IMG/VR virus record: IMGVR_UViG_3300005573_000060
Span: 32,001-96,000 of that record
From: a virus
Length of the DNA: 64,000 nucleotides
Direction: 5' to 3' (one strand)
Shown: piece by piece, positions 19,698 through 29,716 of the stretch
Numbering within the stretch: the first letter of the stretch is position 1
Layout of the letters: each line of letters opens with the position of its first letter
Made by a program: the position numbers and the translations under genes
The notes under the pieces: generated by a model
Told to the model about the DNA's origin: nothing
Databases searched by the model: none
Seen by the model: only the letters and a program-made list of their open reading frames with translations

Positions 19698-21434
19698 TTA
19701 AAGAACGGCACCAGAACCAGTCTTAATATAAAGTGTAACGTACTGAGTTTCAGGATGGAATCCGGCGTCAACTAAAGCATATCTCGATTTCACGATCACT
19801 TTAGGAGCAGCTGTTCCTTCTGTAATGAATTTAACGCTTTCAGCCATTAAGTATGGGCAGAATACAACACCCGGTTCATCAGTAGCACCTTTACGTCCTA
19901 CTAGTACTCTAGTGTCGGTGTAACTCATATTCGGGTCAACGTATAGAGTCATTCCGGCAATTGTTCCAAGAGGATATAAAGAACCATTAGACTGATTGAG
20001 AGTGTTGGTTATCGGTGAGAAAGTGTAACCTGAATTACTTTGTAAAGCAGTAGCGATCTTAAGGTTAGTAACAATAAAGTTAGCAGGACCTCTACGACCT
20101 CTTTGCATTACAACATTACCGGCAGCGAGAATGTTTGTCATAATTCTCTTAATGATAGTATCCTGGTTTTCGAATGCTATTGTAGCACCACCGGCCAAAG
20201 TAATTCCTGGGCATGTCATGGCAGCGTTTGTAACTGAACCATTTTCAGAATATGCAAATGCAGGAGTTGTGTCTGCAGTAGAAGAATTAACATTAAGATT
20301 AAGATTAATACCTTCTACAGTATAAGCTTTAATGTGGTTCTTCCATCCAAGAGCAAACAATCTAGAGAGAATGTGTTTGTTGATTGATTGGCTGAGTTCA
20401 TTAATACCAGCATTTTCAACCATAGCAATTACATCAATTCCCCACTGTTTGTTAAGGTCTTGAACCTGTTCAAGAGTAACGTTAATAGCTACCTGATATG
20501 TTCCAGCTTCAACGAATTTGGTAAACACCTGAAGACCTAAGGCCTTAGGATACTCTTGTTCACCAACACCTCTACTCATTGGTTCATACAGTGTTGTTCC
20601 TGATACAAATGTTCCTTCCCAGTTATCAGTGTTATTAACACCTGCGCCAACAAAGCCTTGAATTTGATCTTCAAGTGTTGAGATAACTGATGGATAAGTT
20701 GTAACTGAGCCCCACACTGAACTACGACTAGTGTTAATACCTACTGCAGCGCCATCAAATACACCGGCTAAATTAGTTACACCTGTATATGAGCCAACTT
20801 TAAACATTGGGTAACCATCAATTCTCGATTTTCCAATGTATACAGTAGATACATAATTGCTATCAGCACTAGTATCTTTATGGAATACAACTGTATCACC
20901 GTTGACTAAGCTATTCAATAAAGCAGATGCATCACTAGATGTAAGCTGAATTTTGAAAGCTGCCGGTGATTCATAATTTGTATATCCTGATGCAGGATTT
21001 GCGGTTGATGGACTAGATGCAGGAGGCGCACCAAATGGCTGTTTTCCACCAGCGTATACATAATCCATATAGGAAATTATACCGGTTGCTCCTGGCATAG
21101 GAACCACATTAACAAGGTCGAAAGCAATTGTTCTTGCAGCTACCTGAAGAGCCATTGGAAGAATTGACATCCATTTGTCACCAGATCCTTTTGCTAGAGG
21201 AGAGGTTTGCTGTGTACCTGATACAGCTGCTAAACTAGCAGGAACTGCATCACCAACACCCGGAACGTTTAAAATAGTTGAATAAGGTGCAGATACACCG
21301 CCCAATGATTCATTTAATGCGTGATAATGGGCGTATTTGGAAATCCAAGCAAGTTTTTCTTTGTCCTTAATTCCTGTTACGGACTCAATCATTGGACTCC
21401 ACTTTTTTACGATTTGTTGTTCATTTAAGTTCAT
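19698..21434 (-). CDS. Major capsid protein (T4 gp23-like)
   Basis: KWSPMIE, ALNES, VVPM.GATG, NELSQSINK, RRGPANFIV, G..AGMTLYVD, VFCPY, SRYALV. Confidence 0.9.
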   Translation of the reverse strand: MNLNEQQIVKKWSPMIESVTGIKDKEKLAWISKYAHYHALNESLGGVSAPYSTILNVPGVGDAVPASLAAVSGTQQTSPLAKGSGDKWMSILPMALQVAARTIAFDLVNVVPMPGATGIISYMDYVYAGGKQPFGAPPASSPSTANPASGYTNYESPAAFKIQLTSSDASALLNSLVNGDTVVFHKDTSADSNYVSTVYIGKSRIDGYPMFKVGSYTGVTNLAGVFDGAAVGINTSRSSVWGSVTTYPSVISTLEDQIQGFVGAGVNNTDNWEGTFVSGTTLYEPMSRGVGEQEYPKALGLQVFTKFVEAGTYQVAINVTLEQVQDLNKQWGIDVIAMVENAGINELSQSINKHILSRLFALGWKNHIKAYTVEGINLNLNVNSSTADTTPAFAYSENGSVTNAAMTCPGITLAGGATIAFENQDTIIKRIMTNILAAGNVVMQRGRRGPANFIVTNLKIATALQSNSGYTFSPITNTLNQSNGSLYPLGTIAGMTLYVDPNMSYTDTRVLVGRKGATDEPGVVFCPYLMAESVKFITEGTAAPKVIVKSRYALVDAGFHPETQYVTLYIKTGSGAVL

Positions 21435-21460
21435 ATTTCTTTTATTATTTTTTTTTTTGT

Positions 21461-21468
21461 TATTTATA
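21461..21468 (-). promoter_or_regulatory. T4-like late promoter TATAAATA
   Basis: Exact TATAAATA upstream of the MCP; also at 32717-32724(-), 38023-38030(-), 41932-41939(-), 54640-54647(+), 58869-58876(+), each upstream of a gene start. Confidence 0.6.
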
Positions 21469-21503
21469 CTTTAAATACTTTTTCATTTTTGTAACTTAGT
21501 GCA

Positions 21504-23879
21504 TTAGTGTGACCATCTTTTCATCTGTTCACCTACATATGCAACTAAGCTGTCTAATTTTTGTTCACTTTCCTTTGGTGATTTAGCAGTAACAACCTCA
21601 TTAAGTGTAATAACAGGTCTTGAGATTAAACCACTAGTTTCCCAAAAGTTGTCAATTTGATATTGTGTATTTAAAGTAAAAAATTCTGCTTTAGCTTTAA
21701 TACTCTCCTGAAGAGACTGAGGTGCTTTATTAAAAGCTTCTTTATAAGCTTTAGGAGCAAGCTTTAACCACAGAGGTTCTTCAGTTTTGTTTGGTGCTAA
21801 AGCATTTTCCCACAACTTCAAAATAACCTTTGGATCTGTTGTAGGAACTTTAGATACTTCATCTGCTACCTTTTGTTTATCGGTTATATCAAGAGCTGCA
21901 AACTTTTTTCTATCGCTTTCACTCAATAGTTGAGTAAAAGGATATTGAGACTTGACCTGCTCATCTACTTTCTTTTCGTTTTCTAGATTTTGAATGATTC
22001 GTTCAAGTTTCTCATCAAGTTTAAAGCGTCTTTCTCTAATACTTTCTTTTAATTCTGGTTTAGTATCTAGTTTAAGATTTTGATTCTTTTCTTGTGAACC
22101 CTTTACATTACCAACATTATCCGTATTGCCAGTTTTAATTGAGTTATGTTTTTGAAGGTCATTTTCAAGTCCTTTTGGTAAATTACCATAAATTTGATCT
22201 TTAGGAAGTTTACCACCCTCTTTTTCAGGGTTCATTTGAAGATCATCTTTTCCAAGAGGATTTTTTTCTTTCTTTACACTAATATTTCTCAGTTTAGAAA
22301 CAATTGTTTTAGTTTTTTCGTCAAACTCTACACTATTATTTTTTGTATCATATTCTTCATCCTTTAAGCCTTTAATCTTATTAACAGTATCAATAACCAT
22401 TATTCCCTTTAATTGCGATTCATTAAGAGGCTTATGAGTAATAGAGTGTGTTCTTAACATTTCATCAATTTTCTTCTTTAATTCAGGATTAGATTTTGAT
22501 TCATTAACTAATTCAACATATTTTATGAGTTTCATGGCTTCTTCTTTAGATATTGCTCTTCCAAACATTTCTTCGGCCCAATTAATAGTATTATTAACAT
22601 TTTTAGCAATTGAAGATGTCCATTCATGCATTGCATTGGTTGTTTTTGCTATTGAACTCACCCAATCATGCATATCATTTATTGCTTTAGCCTTTTCTTC
22701 TCCCCACTCATTGAGTTTATTAACTCCTCTTGCGATTTCACCTGTCCACTCATTTAATTCATTAAGCATTTCTGCATTATGATCTACAGTTTCACCTATT
22801 GCATTAGTTACATTTGCAATTTCTTCAGTCCAATCTTGTGTATGATTTAGAACTTTTGCGTTATAATCAACTGTTTCAGCTATTTTCTTTGTTAAATTAT
22901 AATGAATGTTACTCTTCTTTGCTAATCTATCAGCATAATCAGCAACTTCATTAACAGATTTTGCTATATCAGATTGCCAGTTTAATGAATCTTCTTGAAT
23001 CTTACGTATCTTTTCAATATATTTCTTAATAGCAGTTATTTCTCTTTGAGATACATCAGATTTAGATTGTTCCATTTCATCCAATCTTTTATTTATAGCA
23101 TTGAGTTCTCTCTTAAACAATTCTGTCCATTGTTGAAGAACTGCTTCGTCAATATGAGATGATTTTACTTCTGACATTTTATTTTCATTATTTTTATTAG
23201 ATAACATTTTTGCTTCTTCACGTAATTTTAATTGAGGATATTTATCCGTTAAATCAATTATTGAAACGTTCTCGTTTACAATTCCAAATTCAGAATTAAG
23301 ACTATGTCGATTACGAGATGCAGCTGATTCATTAAGTACTCTTAGTATCTTATTAATTTCATCTGATCTTGCATTGCCGCTTTCGTTTACAGAATATAAC
23401 GTCGCAGATTCAAATCCAGGTTTTGCAACTAAATCAAATGTATAAATCTGTTCAATTTTAACTCTTTTATCTTCATTAACACTACCAGCTGCTCTTGAAG
23501 AAATAGATAAAGGAACACCAGCTTCAAGTAAGGCTTTAGCAATCTGTCCTTTAGGAGTTCCCTCCAAAATTTCAACGCGTCCTAATACTTGTCTCTTTTG
23601 AGGATCATACCACAAATCTGTAATTCTATGAGAAACGTTATTTAATGCAACTTCAAATCTTTCAGGGTGATCTAGTTCACCAAGAAGATTTCCATTAGCA
23701 ATATCTTTTTTGAGATATTCAAGATGAGGAAGATACTCCTTTTCCTCATAAATACGTCCATTACGATTTTCAACACCAAATTCAGCAAAAACTCCTTCAA
23801 GTACTGTCTTCCCATTTCTAGATATCTTTTGAAGATTTTGAGAAGATCTTTCTAGAATCAATAGATTTTTTTCTGCCAT
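21504..23879 (-). CDS. Prohead protease (T4 gp21-like) fused to a long coiled-coil scaffold region
   Basis: LEGVF..NRNGRIY, GELDHP, VSH, TPKGQIAKAL, ISSRAAG, TFDLVAKPGF; followed by about 550 aa of coiled coil. Confidence 0.88.
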   Translation of the reverse strand: MAEKNLLILERSSQNLQKISRNGKTVLEGVFAEFGVENRNGRIYEEKEYLPHLEYLKKDIANGNLLGELDHPERFEVALNNVSHRITDLWYDPQKRQVLGRVEILEGTPKGQIAKALLEAGVPLSISSRAAGSVNEDKRVKIEQIYTFDLVAKPGFESATLYSVNESGNARSDEINKILRVLNESAASRNRHSLNSEFGIVNENVSIIDLTDKYPQLKLREEAKMLSNKNNENKMSEVKSSHIDEAVLQQWTELFKRELNAINKRLDEMEQSKSDVSQREITAIKKYIEKIRKIQEDSLNWQSDIAKSVNEVADYADRLAKKSNIHYNLTKKIAETVDYNAKVLNHTQDWTEEIANVTNAIGETVDHNAEMLNELNEWTGEIARGVNKLNEWGEEKAKAINDMHDWVSSIAKTTNAMHEWTSSIAKNVNNTINWAEEMFGRAISKEEAMKLIKYVELVNESKSNPELKKKIDEMLRTHSITHKPLNESQLKGIMVIDTVNKIKGLKDEEYDTKNNSVEFDEKTKTIVSKLRNISVKKEKNPLGKDDLQMNPEKEGGKLPKDQIYGNLPKGLENDLQKHNSIKTGNTDNVGNVKGSQEKNQNLKLDTKPELKESIRERRFKLDEKLERIIQNLENEKKVDEQVKSQYPFTQLLSESDRKKFAALDITDKQKVADEVSKVPTTDPKVILKLWENALAPNKTEEPLWLKLAPKAYKEAFNKAPQSLQESIKAKAEFFTLNTQYQIDNFWETSGLISRPVITLNEVVTAKSPKESEQKLDSLVAYVGEQMKRWSH

Positions 23880-24037
23880 ATTGAATTAATTTTTTTATAT
23901 ATATATAAGTGCATATTTACTATAATATATAGTAAATGCTTAAGATTTTTATACACATTTTTTTACATACGAAAAACAAGAATACACTTGATGAACATAA
24001 AAAGTATAAGATATATACAAATATATATAAAACGACA

Positions 24038-24061
24038 AAGGGAACTCTTAGAGTTCCCTTT
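24038..24061. terminator. Intrinsic terminator
   Basis: aaagggaactc / gagttcccttt inverted repeat. Confidence 0.75.
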
Positions 24062-24085
24062 AACTACAATAAAAGATTGAAATGA

Positions 24086-24370
24086 CTAGTTCGTTAGTTT
24101 ATAATATTCAATATTAGAAATAGATTTAATTTTATTAATCTCTTTTGAAATTTTTTCATTTTCTTCTTTTATAAGAAAGAATTCTTCTTCTATATCAATT
24201 TCATTCATTTTATTATAATTATAGCCATAATCTATGATATCAAGATATCTTTTAAGTTTTTTTGCATTTTTTTCAAATCTTTTAGTGAGTTTTTTTACTC
24301 TATCTTTTAACAATTTTTCCTTTTTTAAAAAGGAGATGGCAGATAAATTATTAATTTTTAATGATTTCAT
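24086..24370 (-). CDS. Hypothetical basic protein
   Basis: 94-aa ORF overlapping the def stop codon. Confidence 0.5.
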   Translation of the reverse strand: MKSLKINNLSAISFLKKEKLLKDRVKKLTKRFEKNAKKLKRYLDIIDYGYNYNKMNEIDIEEEFFLIKEENEKISKEINKIKSISNIEYYKLTN

Positions 24371-24900
24371 TTTATAGGATATTTAGTTTCAACTTTCTTA
24401 TCTTTGATTTTTTCTAGTTTCATAAAATTTAAAAGTTTATCTGTAAACTCAAATTTATCTATCATTAAAATTCCATTCAGATGGTCAATTTCATGCTGCA
24501 ATATTCTAGATAGAATTCCGCTAAAATATTGTCTATAAAATTTCCCGCTTTTACCATACCATTCTAATTCTATAGCATCTCTTCTTTTTACGTTACCATG
24601 AATATCCGGTAAACTTAAACAGCCTTCTTCAACAGTAACATATTGTCCAAATTCTTTAAGAATTTTCGGATTTATAAAAACATACTTTTTAACTCCATAA
24701 CTTGCAATTGGTAACTGAATGGTAATAATCTGTTTGCTTATTCCTATTTGAGGAGCGGCTAAACCTATTCCATCTGAAATATTCATTGTTTCAAACATAT
24801 CATCTATAAGAACATGAAGATTCGAATCATTAAAATCCTTTATTTCTTCTGCTTTCTTTCTTAAAATATCTTCGCCATAAAGATAAATAGGATATATCAT
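24367..24900 (-). CDS. def: Peptide deformylase
   Basis: GIGLAAPQIG, EGCLS, QHEIDHLNG. Confidence 0.95.
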   Translation of the reverse strand: MIYPIYLYGEDILRKKAEEIKDFNDSNLHVLIDDMFETMNISDGIGLAAPQIGISKQIITIQLPIASYGVKKYVFINPKILKEFGQYVTVEEGCLSLPDIHGNVKRRDAIELEWYGKSGKFYRQYFSGILSRILQHEIDHLNGILMIDKFEFTDKLLNFMKLEKIKDKKVETKYPIK

Positions 24901-24908
24901 AAAACATT

Positions 24909-25427
24909 TTATATAAAATTAACAAAACATAAAGCTACTAAAGCAGTTCCATATCTTTTATCTATAGTTAAAGATTCTGTAATTACATTAGGCTCTCCGA
25001 GATAATATTGTGAAAATGTACGTTTATGCAAATCATTTAATACTTTATATAATCTTTCTTCAAGATTTTCTGTATCAAAATAACCAGATAATTCGCATAC
25101 CAGACCTCCAACTTTCTTTTCAAATGATTCATCTTCATACATCCAAGAATAAATTATCCCCGCAGAAATATGCTCTCCGTAATATCCATGAGCACAAGCC
25201 ATTATAGTTCTTAATTCTGATCCAAATGGTGGCATATCAATTTCATCAACTGAAACTAATTTAGAAGTGGCGGGAATGACAGAAGAATAATTCATTATAT
25301 TATATGGAGCTATACCTGCGTCATGTAACGCCATATGATATGAGCCGGGATGAATAGCATATTCACTGCATCCGGAACCCTTTGTTATGAAAAAGTCTCC
25401 AGGAATTTGATTAGGTGTACGCATCAT
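24909..25427 (-). CDS. Pyruvoyl-dependent arginine decarboxylase
   Basis: SYHMALHDAGIAPYNIMNYSSVIP with the Ser-Ser autocleavage site; ISAG; TALVAL. Confidence 0.85.
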   Translation of the reverse strand: MMRTPNQIPGDFFITKGSGCSEYAIHPGSYHMALHDAGIAPYNIMNYSSVIPATSKLVSVDEIDMPPFGSELRTIMACAHGYYGEHISAGIIYSWMYEDESFEKKVGGLVCELSGYFDTENLEERLYKVLNDLHKRTFSQYYLGEPNVITESLTIDKRYGTALVALCFVNFI

Positions 25428-25451
25428 TTTATTTTTATTTTATCTTATTTA

Positions 25452-26000
25452 TCAAAATTTAGAAAACAAATTAACGCTTAATAGTGTTTCAAAGGTGTAA
25501 AATTTTTTGTACTTACACCATTCATAGCCAACTCCAATTTTTAAGTTTGCATATTTATCTTGATTTCTTATTCTAGATTTTGAAATTTTTATAGGTACGT
25601 TAATTCCAGTTTTTACAATATTCATTGGGCCAGTTATCTCATAAATTATGTCTCCGGATAAACTATCTTTATCTTGACGCGCATATGCATCACTTATCAT
25701 TCCTAATGAAATATATGATCCAAATTTATTTGGTTTGCATGAATATGCTGTTAATTCTACACAATCGGATATAATCTTATTTTTATTGATTGGCATATGA
25801 GATAACATCCATCCACTGCTCATTCCAAAATATCCATAATGAAAATCTATACCAATAGTACTATTAAAAAATAGATGACCAATATAAACATTAGCGCTAA
25901 AAGGTATATCTTTTTTTCCAGCTTTAAGGCGCTCATACTGAGAATAGATAGATCTACTCATTAACACAAATAAAATAATAAATAAGATTAACTTTTTCAC
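25452..26000 (-). CDS. Hypothetical exported protein
   Basis: N-terminal signal peptide MKKLILFIILFVLM. Confidence 0.55.
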   Translation of the reverse strand: MKKLILFIILFVLMSRSIYSQYERLKAGKKDIPFSANVYIGHLFFNSTIGIDFHYGYFGMSSGWMLSHMPINKNKIISDCVELTAYSCKPNKFGSYISLGMISDAYARQDKDSLSGDIIYEITGPMNIVKTGINVPIKISKSRIRNQDKYANLKIGVGYEWCKYKKFYTFETLLSVNLFSKF

Positions 26001-26001
26001 A

Positions 26002-26208
26002 TTAGCTTATTTTACTTTTTTGTTTTTTTACTCTTTTATTTATTTTAACAGAAGTCTTATTTTCTTGATTTTTTTCATTTTCTTTAATTTCATTCATTTT
26101 AATTATGTTAAAGACTACTTCTCCGCAACTTTTACAAACTTTTGAATCTTCGTTATTTAAAAATGATACTACTTCTGAACACTTAGGGCAATGTCTCACA
26201 TAAATCAT
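26002..26208 (-). CDS. Small zinc-ribbon protein
   Basis: CPKC...CKSC. Confidence 0.55.
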   Translation of the reverse strand: MIYVRHCPKCSEVVSFLNNEDSKVCKSCGEVVFNIIKMNEIKENEKNQENKTSVKINKRVKKQKSKIS

Positions 26209-26257
26209 ATGTTATAGTTTATTTTAGTTTTTTATATGAAGAAACTTCTTCACAGTT

Positions 26258-26749
26258 TTATTTTCTTCTCATAAGCTCTGTGTTAATTTCTAAATCATAA
26301 TTTTTAAAGTCTTTAAATTTTAAGCTATCAATATATGATCTTTCTTCTATCTTTTCATCAGACCAACCACGTTCTTTCATTCTTTTTACACGAGTTCTAA
26401 ATGGAGTATTTATGAAAATAACCAAGCAACTTTTTCTATCATCAGGTTTAATATGAGTTATTCCATCTGTTTCCATTATAAAAATATCACACGTGTTCCA
26501 TTCTTCTAATCCAGTTCCATAATAATAATCTCCGTATTTAACCCACTCATAAAAATATTTTTCAAATATTCTTTTCTCAAATTCATTTTTAGAAATGAAA
26601 TGATAATCTACACCATCAACTTCTCCGGGCCTAATTGGTCTAGATGTATATGATATATCAGGTTTAAAACCTGCATTAGAAAATTTATCTCTAATGTAAG
26701 TTTTTCCGGATGCTGTAGGACCGCATAAAATTATTCGTTTATGATTCAT
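26258..26749 (-). CDS. Guanylate kinase-like protein
   Basis: GPTASGKT, SYTSRPIRPGEVDGVDYHF, YYYGT. Confidence 0.85.
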   Translation of the reverse strand: MNHKRIILCGPTASGKTYIRDKFSNAGFKPDISYTSRPIRPGEVDGVDYHFISKNEFEKRIFEKYFYEWVKYGDYYYGTGLEEWNTCDIFIMETDGITHIKPDDRKSCLVIFINTPFRTRVKRMKERGWSDEKIEERSYIDSLKFKDFKNYDLEINTELMRRK

Positions 26750-26964
26750 ACTTCTTTATATCTTAAAATAGAAAAGATTCCATTTGCAAAATGAATTCTA
26801 TCTCTCAAATGTTCATGATAAAATTCTTTTAACAAATTCTTTTTAGATTCATCAAGATATACTCTTGTTCTAAATTTTTTATTTCCATCATCATTTACTT
26901 CTTCTGTATCAATGAAAACGTCAATCGGATAACCATTTTCTTTTAAAAACTTTACCATATTCAT
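26746..26964 (-). CDS. Hypothetical protein
   Basis: 72-aa ORF in the operon. Confidence 0.5.
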   Translation of the reverse strand: MNMVKFLKENGYPIDVFIDTEEVNDDGNKKFRTRVYLDESKKNLLKEFYHEHLRDRIHFANGIFSILRYKEV

Positions 26965-26969
26965 TTGTT

Positions 26970-27182
26970 TTAAATTTTTTCAATTTTTGTTACTTGTACA
27001 GGCTTAAGGCCATTAAACTTAATGTGATATTTAAACCACCTTGGATACTTTGCTTTAACCTCATCTGTAACTTCTTCAGGTTTATAAGCATTTTTCCAGA
27101 TTTCACTTTTCTGAAGATTTGCATTAATTTTCTCATCTTCTACAGGACTTAGAACAATTTCAATGTTTTTACTTTCTCTCAT
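26970..27182 (-). CDS. Hypothetical protein (start moved to MRESK)
   Basis: The track start at 27218 translates the promoter; ATG at 27182 lies downstream of the promoter. Confidence 0.5.
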   Translation of the reverse strand: MRESKNIEIVLSPVEDEKINANLQKSEIWKNAYKPEEVTDEVKAKYPRWFKYHIKFNGLKPVQVTKIEKI

Positions 27183-27204
27183 AATGGTTAAATATTTAAT
27201 GATA

Positions 27205-27262
27205 TGCAAATATAACAATTATGTTTGACAAGATATCATACATATTGTTAAATTTTTGTTAA
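27205..27262 (-). promoter_or_regulatory. Bacteroidota-type sigma70 promoter with TTAACA-N5-TTAACA box
   Basis: TATATTTGCA at 27205-27214 (TAnnTTTG); TGTTAA at 27246 and 27257. Confidence 0.65.
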
Positions 27263-27302
27263 AAATTAACAATAATTTATGATAAAAAACATAAAAAATA
27301 TA

Positions 27303-28700
27303 ATTTTCTTTAATATATATTTTATATTATATAATTATTTGAAGTTTCATATAGTTAAAGTAATAACGAAGTGAAAACGATTAAGCTTCCATATAAATCA
27401 TCTGAAGATTTAATACCTATACTTAAACAATATTCATCTGTTGTTAGGTATAGTTATAATCGTTTTCTTGATAATAAAACAGAAAAAGAAATTAGACATT
27501 TAACTAAATCATTAAGTAACATTAATTTATTAAATTCTTGGTTGGTTCAATGCGCAATTAAAGATGGTAAAGCAATTCATGCACGTTCTGGAAATAAAAA
27601 AGTTATATTTGGAGAAAAGAAAAATTTCATCTTAAGATGTCGAGGTAAAATATCAAAGGAAGAATATGAACTTAAAAGACTAATTCCTATAAATATTCAA
27701 GGTGAAGCACTTAATCAAGGAAATCGTTCATTTAAGTTAGATATGATTGAAAACAACCAAATCATCTTTAAATTAAATAGGAACAAACATATTGAATTAA
27801 AATTGCCTAAATTAAGAAACAATATAAAGAATGAATTATTCAAGCTTCAACAACTTAATGAAGTTAAATACCAAAAAGGATATACTTATTCAATTAGGCT
27901 TGATTTAGAATATATCTATATAACTTTTGAAGAATTTAAAAATGAAAAGGTTAGAAATTTAAATGAAAACAGATACTTGGGCATTGATTTAAATCCAGAT
28001 ACAATTGGAATTTCAGTTTTAGATAGTGGAAATGTTATTCATACTCAAGAATTTAGTTTGAAACAAATATTTAACAAAATTTTAAATGAAAAACTAAGTT
28101 CAAACTCAAGTAGAATGAAATATTTTCAAAACAAATTAAAGTTTGAAACATTTGAGATAAGTAAATCAATATCTAAATTAGCAAAACAATTTAATTGTAA
28201 ATCAGTTTTTGTTGAAGATTTACATTTTAAAGGTTCTTCAACAATAAAAATATCAAATAGAAAAAACAAAAATCTTTGGAAGAGAGGTTTATTTATCAAC
28301 AGCTTAACTAAAAGATTAAACGTAGAAGGAATTAAACTCTATTCAGTTAATCCAGCTTACTCAAGTTTCATTGGAAATTTACAGTATGATTATACAGATG
28401 CAGTAAATGCTTCAATTGAAATTGCAAGGCGCGGATTTGAATATAGAGTAAAGAAAAACAAGAAAGCATTCTATCCAGATCTATTGGTAAAACACCAATG
28501 GAAGGAAATGGCTGCCAAGTTCAATGATTGGAAAGAATTCTTTCTTGAAATAAAAAACTTGAAATTGAAATATCGGGTTTCATTAAATGAATGCTTTCAT
28601 AAATTTAATGTTTTTCAGCAAAATTCAAGTCATAAGAGCATGATTCTAAATTATGTTTTTTATGATTAATTATTTAATTTATTGAATTTTGTATTTTAAC
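27303..28700 (+). mobile_element. Non-autonomous TnpB-encoding insertion sequence, copy 2
   Basis: Same left motif, ORF and 31-nt tail ending TTTTAAC as copy 1; lies opposite to the surrounding minus-strand genes. Confidence 0.72.
27371..28669 (+). CDS. tnpB: TnpB-family protein, paralog of 178-1476
   Basis: Same length (432 aa) and motifs; GTG start. Confidence 0.8.
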   Translation: MKTIKLPYKSSEDLIPILKQYSSVVRYSYNRFLDNKTEKEIRHLTKSLSNINLLNSWLVQCAIKDGKAIHARSGNKKVIFGEKKNFILRCRGKISKEEYELKRLIPINIQGEALNQGNRSFKLDMIENNQIIFKLNRNKHIELKLPKLRNNIKNELFKLQQLNEVKYQKGYTYSIRLDLEYIYITFEEFKNEKVRNLNENRYLGIDLNPDTIGISVLDSGNVIHTQEFSLKQIFNKILNEKLSSNSSRMKYFQNKLKFETFEISKSISKLAKQFNCKSVFVEDLHFKGSSTIKISNRKNKNLWKRGLFINSLTKRLNVEGIKLYSVNPAYSSFIGNLQYDYTDAVNASIEIARRGFEYRVKKNKKAFYPDLLVKHQWKEMAAKFNDWKEFFLEIKNLKLKYRVSLNECFHKFNVFQQNSSHKSMILNYVFYD

Positions 28701-28776
28701 TTATTTGGTGGATATAAGTTGCATGCATATATAAATTCTTGTTGAGAAATTTCCATAAGCTTTTATTTTATTTATT

Positions 28777-29673
28777 TCAATAGAGTTTTCTTTTTCTTAT
28801 AAATAAAATTGCAATTATACTAATTAAGAATGATAACAAAACAATAAAGGGAAATGCATTTTCATAAGATTCTAAATAATTATGAATATTCATTCCAAAA
28901 TAACTAGCTATTAAGGTAGGTATCATTAAAATAATTGACATTAAAGTTAATTGTTTCATTATAACATTCAAATTATTTGATATAACAGAAGCAAATGCAT
29001 CCATCATTCCGCTTAATATATTAGAATATATTTCTGCCATTTCCTGAGCTTGTTTGCTTTCAATCATAGCCTCTTCCATTAAATCTTCATCATATTTTTT
29101 TGTATTCTTTAATCTTAATAAAACTATTTCATTAGATTTGATTGATGTTATGAAGTAAACTAAGCATTTTTCCATTTTAAGTAATTCGCTCAGTTCCTTA
29201 TTTTTAATAGATTTCTCTATATCACGTTCTATTTCTGTAGTTTTTATGTTTATTTGCTTTAAATATTTCAAATACATAAAACTTGAACGAATGAACAAAG
29301 ATAAGATAAAATCATAACTGTTTGTAGGATATATTTTCCGTTTAAATGAAAATATGTCTATACGCTTACTACATATTGTTATGGTGTATTCATCTTTTAT
29401 AAATATTCCAAGAGGAATAGTAATATATGGCACTCCATTTTCGAGTGTTTCTAGAGGCACCCTAATAATTACTAATGTATAATCTTCATCTATTTCTATA
29501 CGAGGCATCTCATCTGTATCCAATATATCTTGTATGCTATCGTATGGAAGATTAAATTTATTAACTAATTTTTGTATCTCTAATTGATTTGGGTCAATAA
29601 CGTTTATCCAACATTTGTCTTGTATGTTAGCTATTTCATCTGAAAGTTTAAATGATTTATATATTTTTATCAT
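28777..29673 (-). CDS. corA: CorA-family Mg/Co transporter
   Basis: CWINVIDP, D.DEMPRIE, two C-terminal TM helices with ASYFGMN signature. Confidence 0.9.
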   Translation of the reverse strand: MIKIYKSFKLSDEIANIQDKCWINVIDPNQLEIQKLVNKFNLPYDSIQDILDTDEMPRIEIDEDYTLVIIRVPLETLENGVPYITIPLGIFIKDEYTITICSKRIDIFSFKRKIYPTNSYDFILSLFIRSSFMYLKYLKQINIKTTEIERDIEKSIKNKELSELLKMEKCLVYFITSIKSNEIVLLRLKNTKKYDEDLMEEAMIESKQAQEMAEIYSNILSGMMDAFASVISNNLNVIMKQLTLMSIILMIPTLIASYFGMNIHNYLESYENAFPFIVLLSFLISIIAILFIRKRKLY

Positions 29674-29716
29674 TATGTCATAGTAACGTTATTTTATATA
29701 TTTAATTGAGATTATG

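Noticed and set aside
24909-25427. Agmatine for agmatidine modification of tRNA-Ile
   Set aside because: Agmatidine is archaeal and needs TiaS; none seen, and the phage has a UAU tRNA instead
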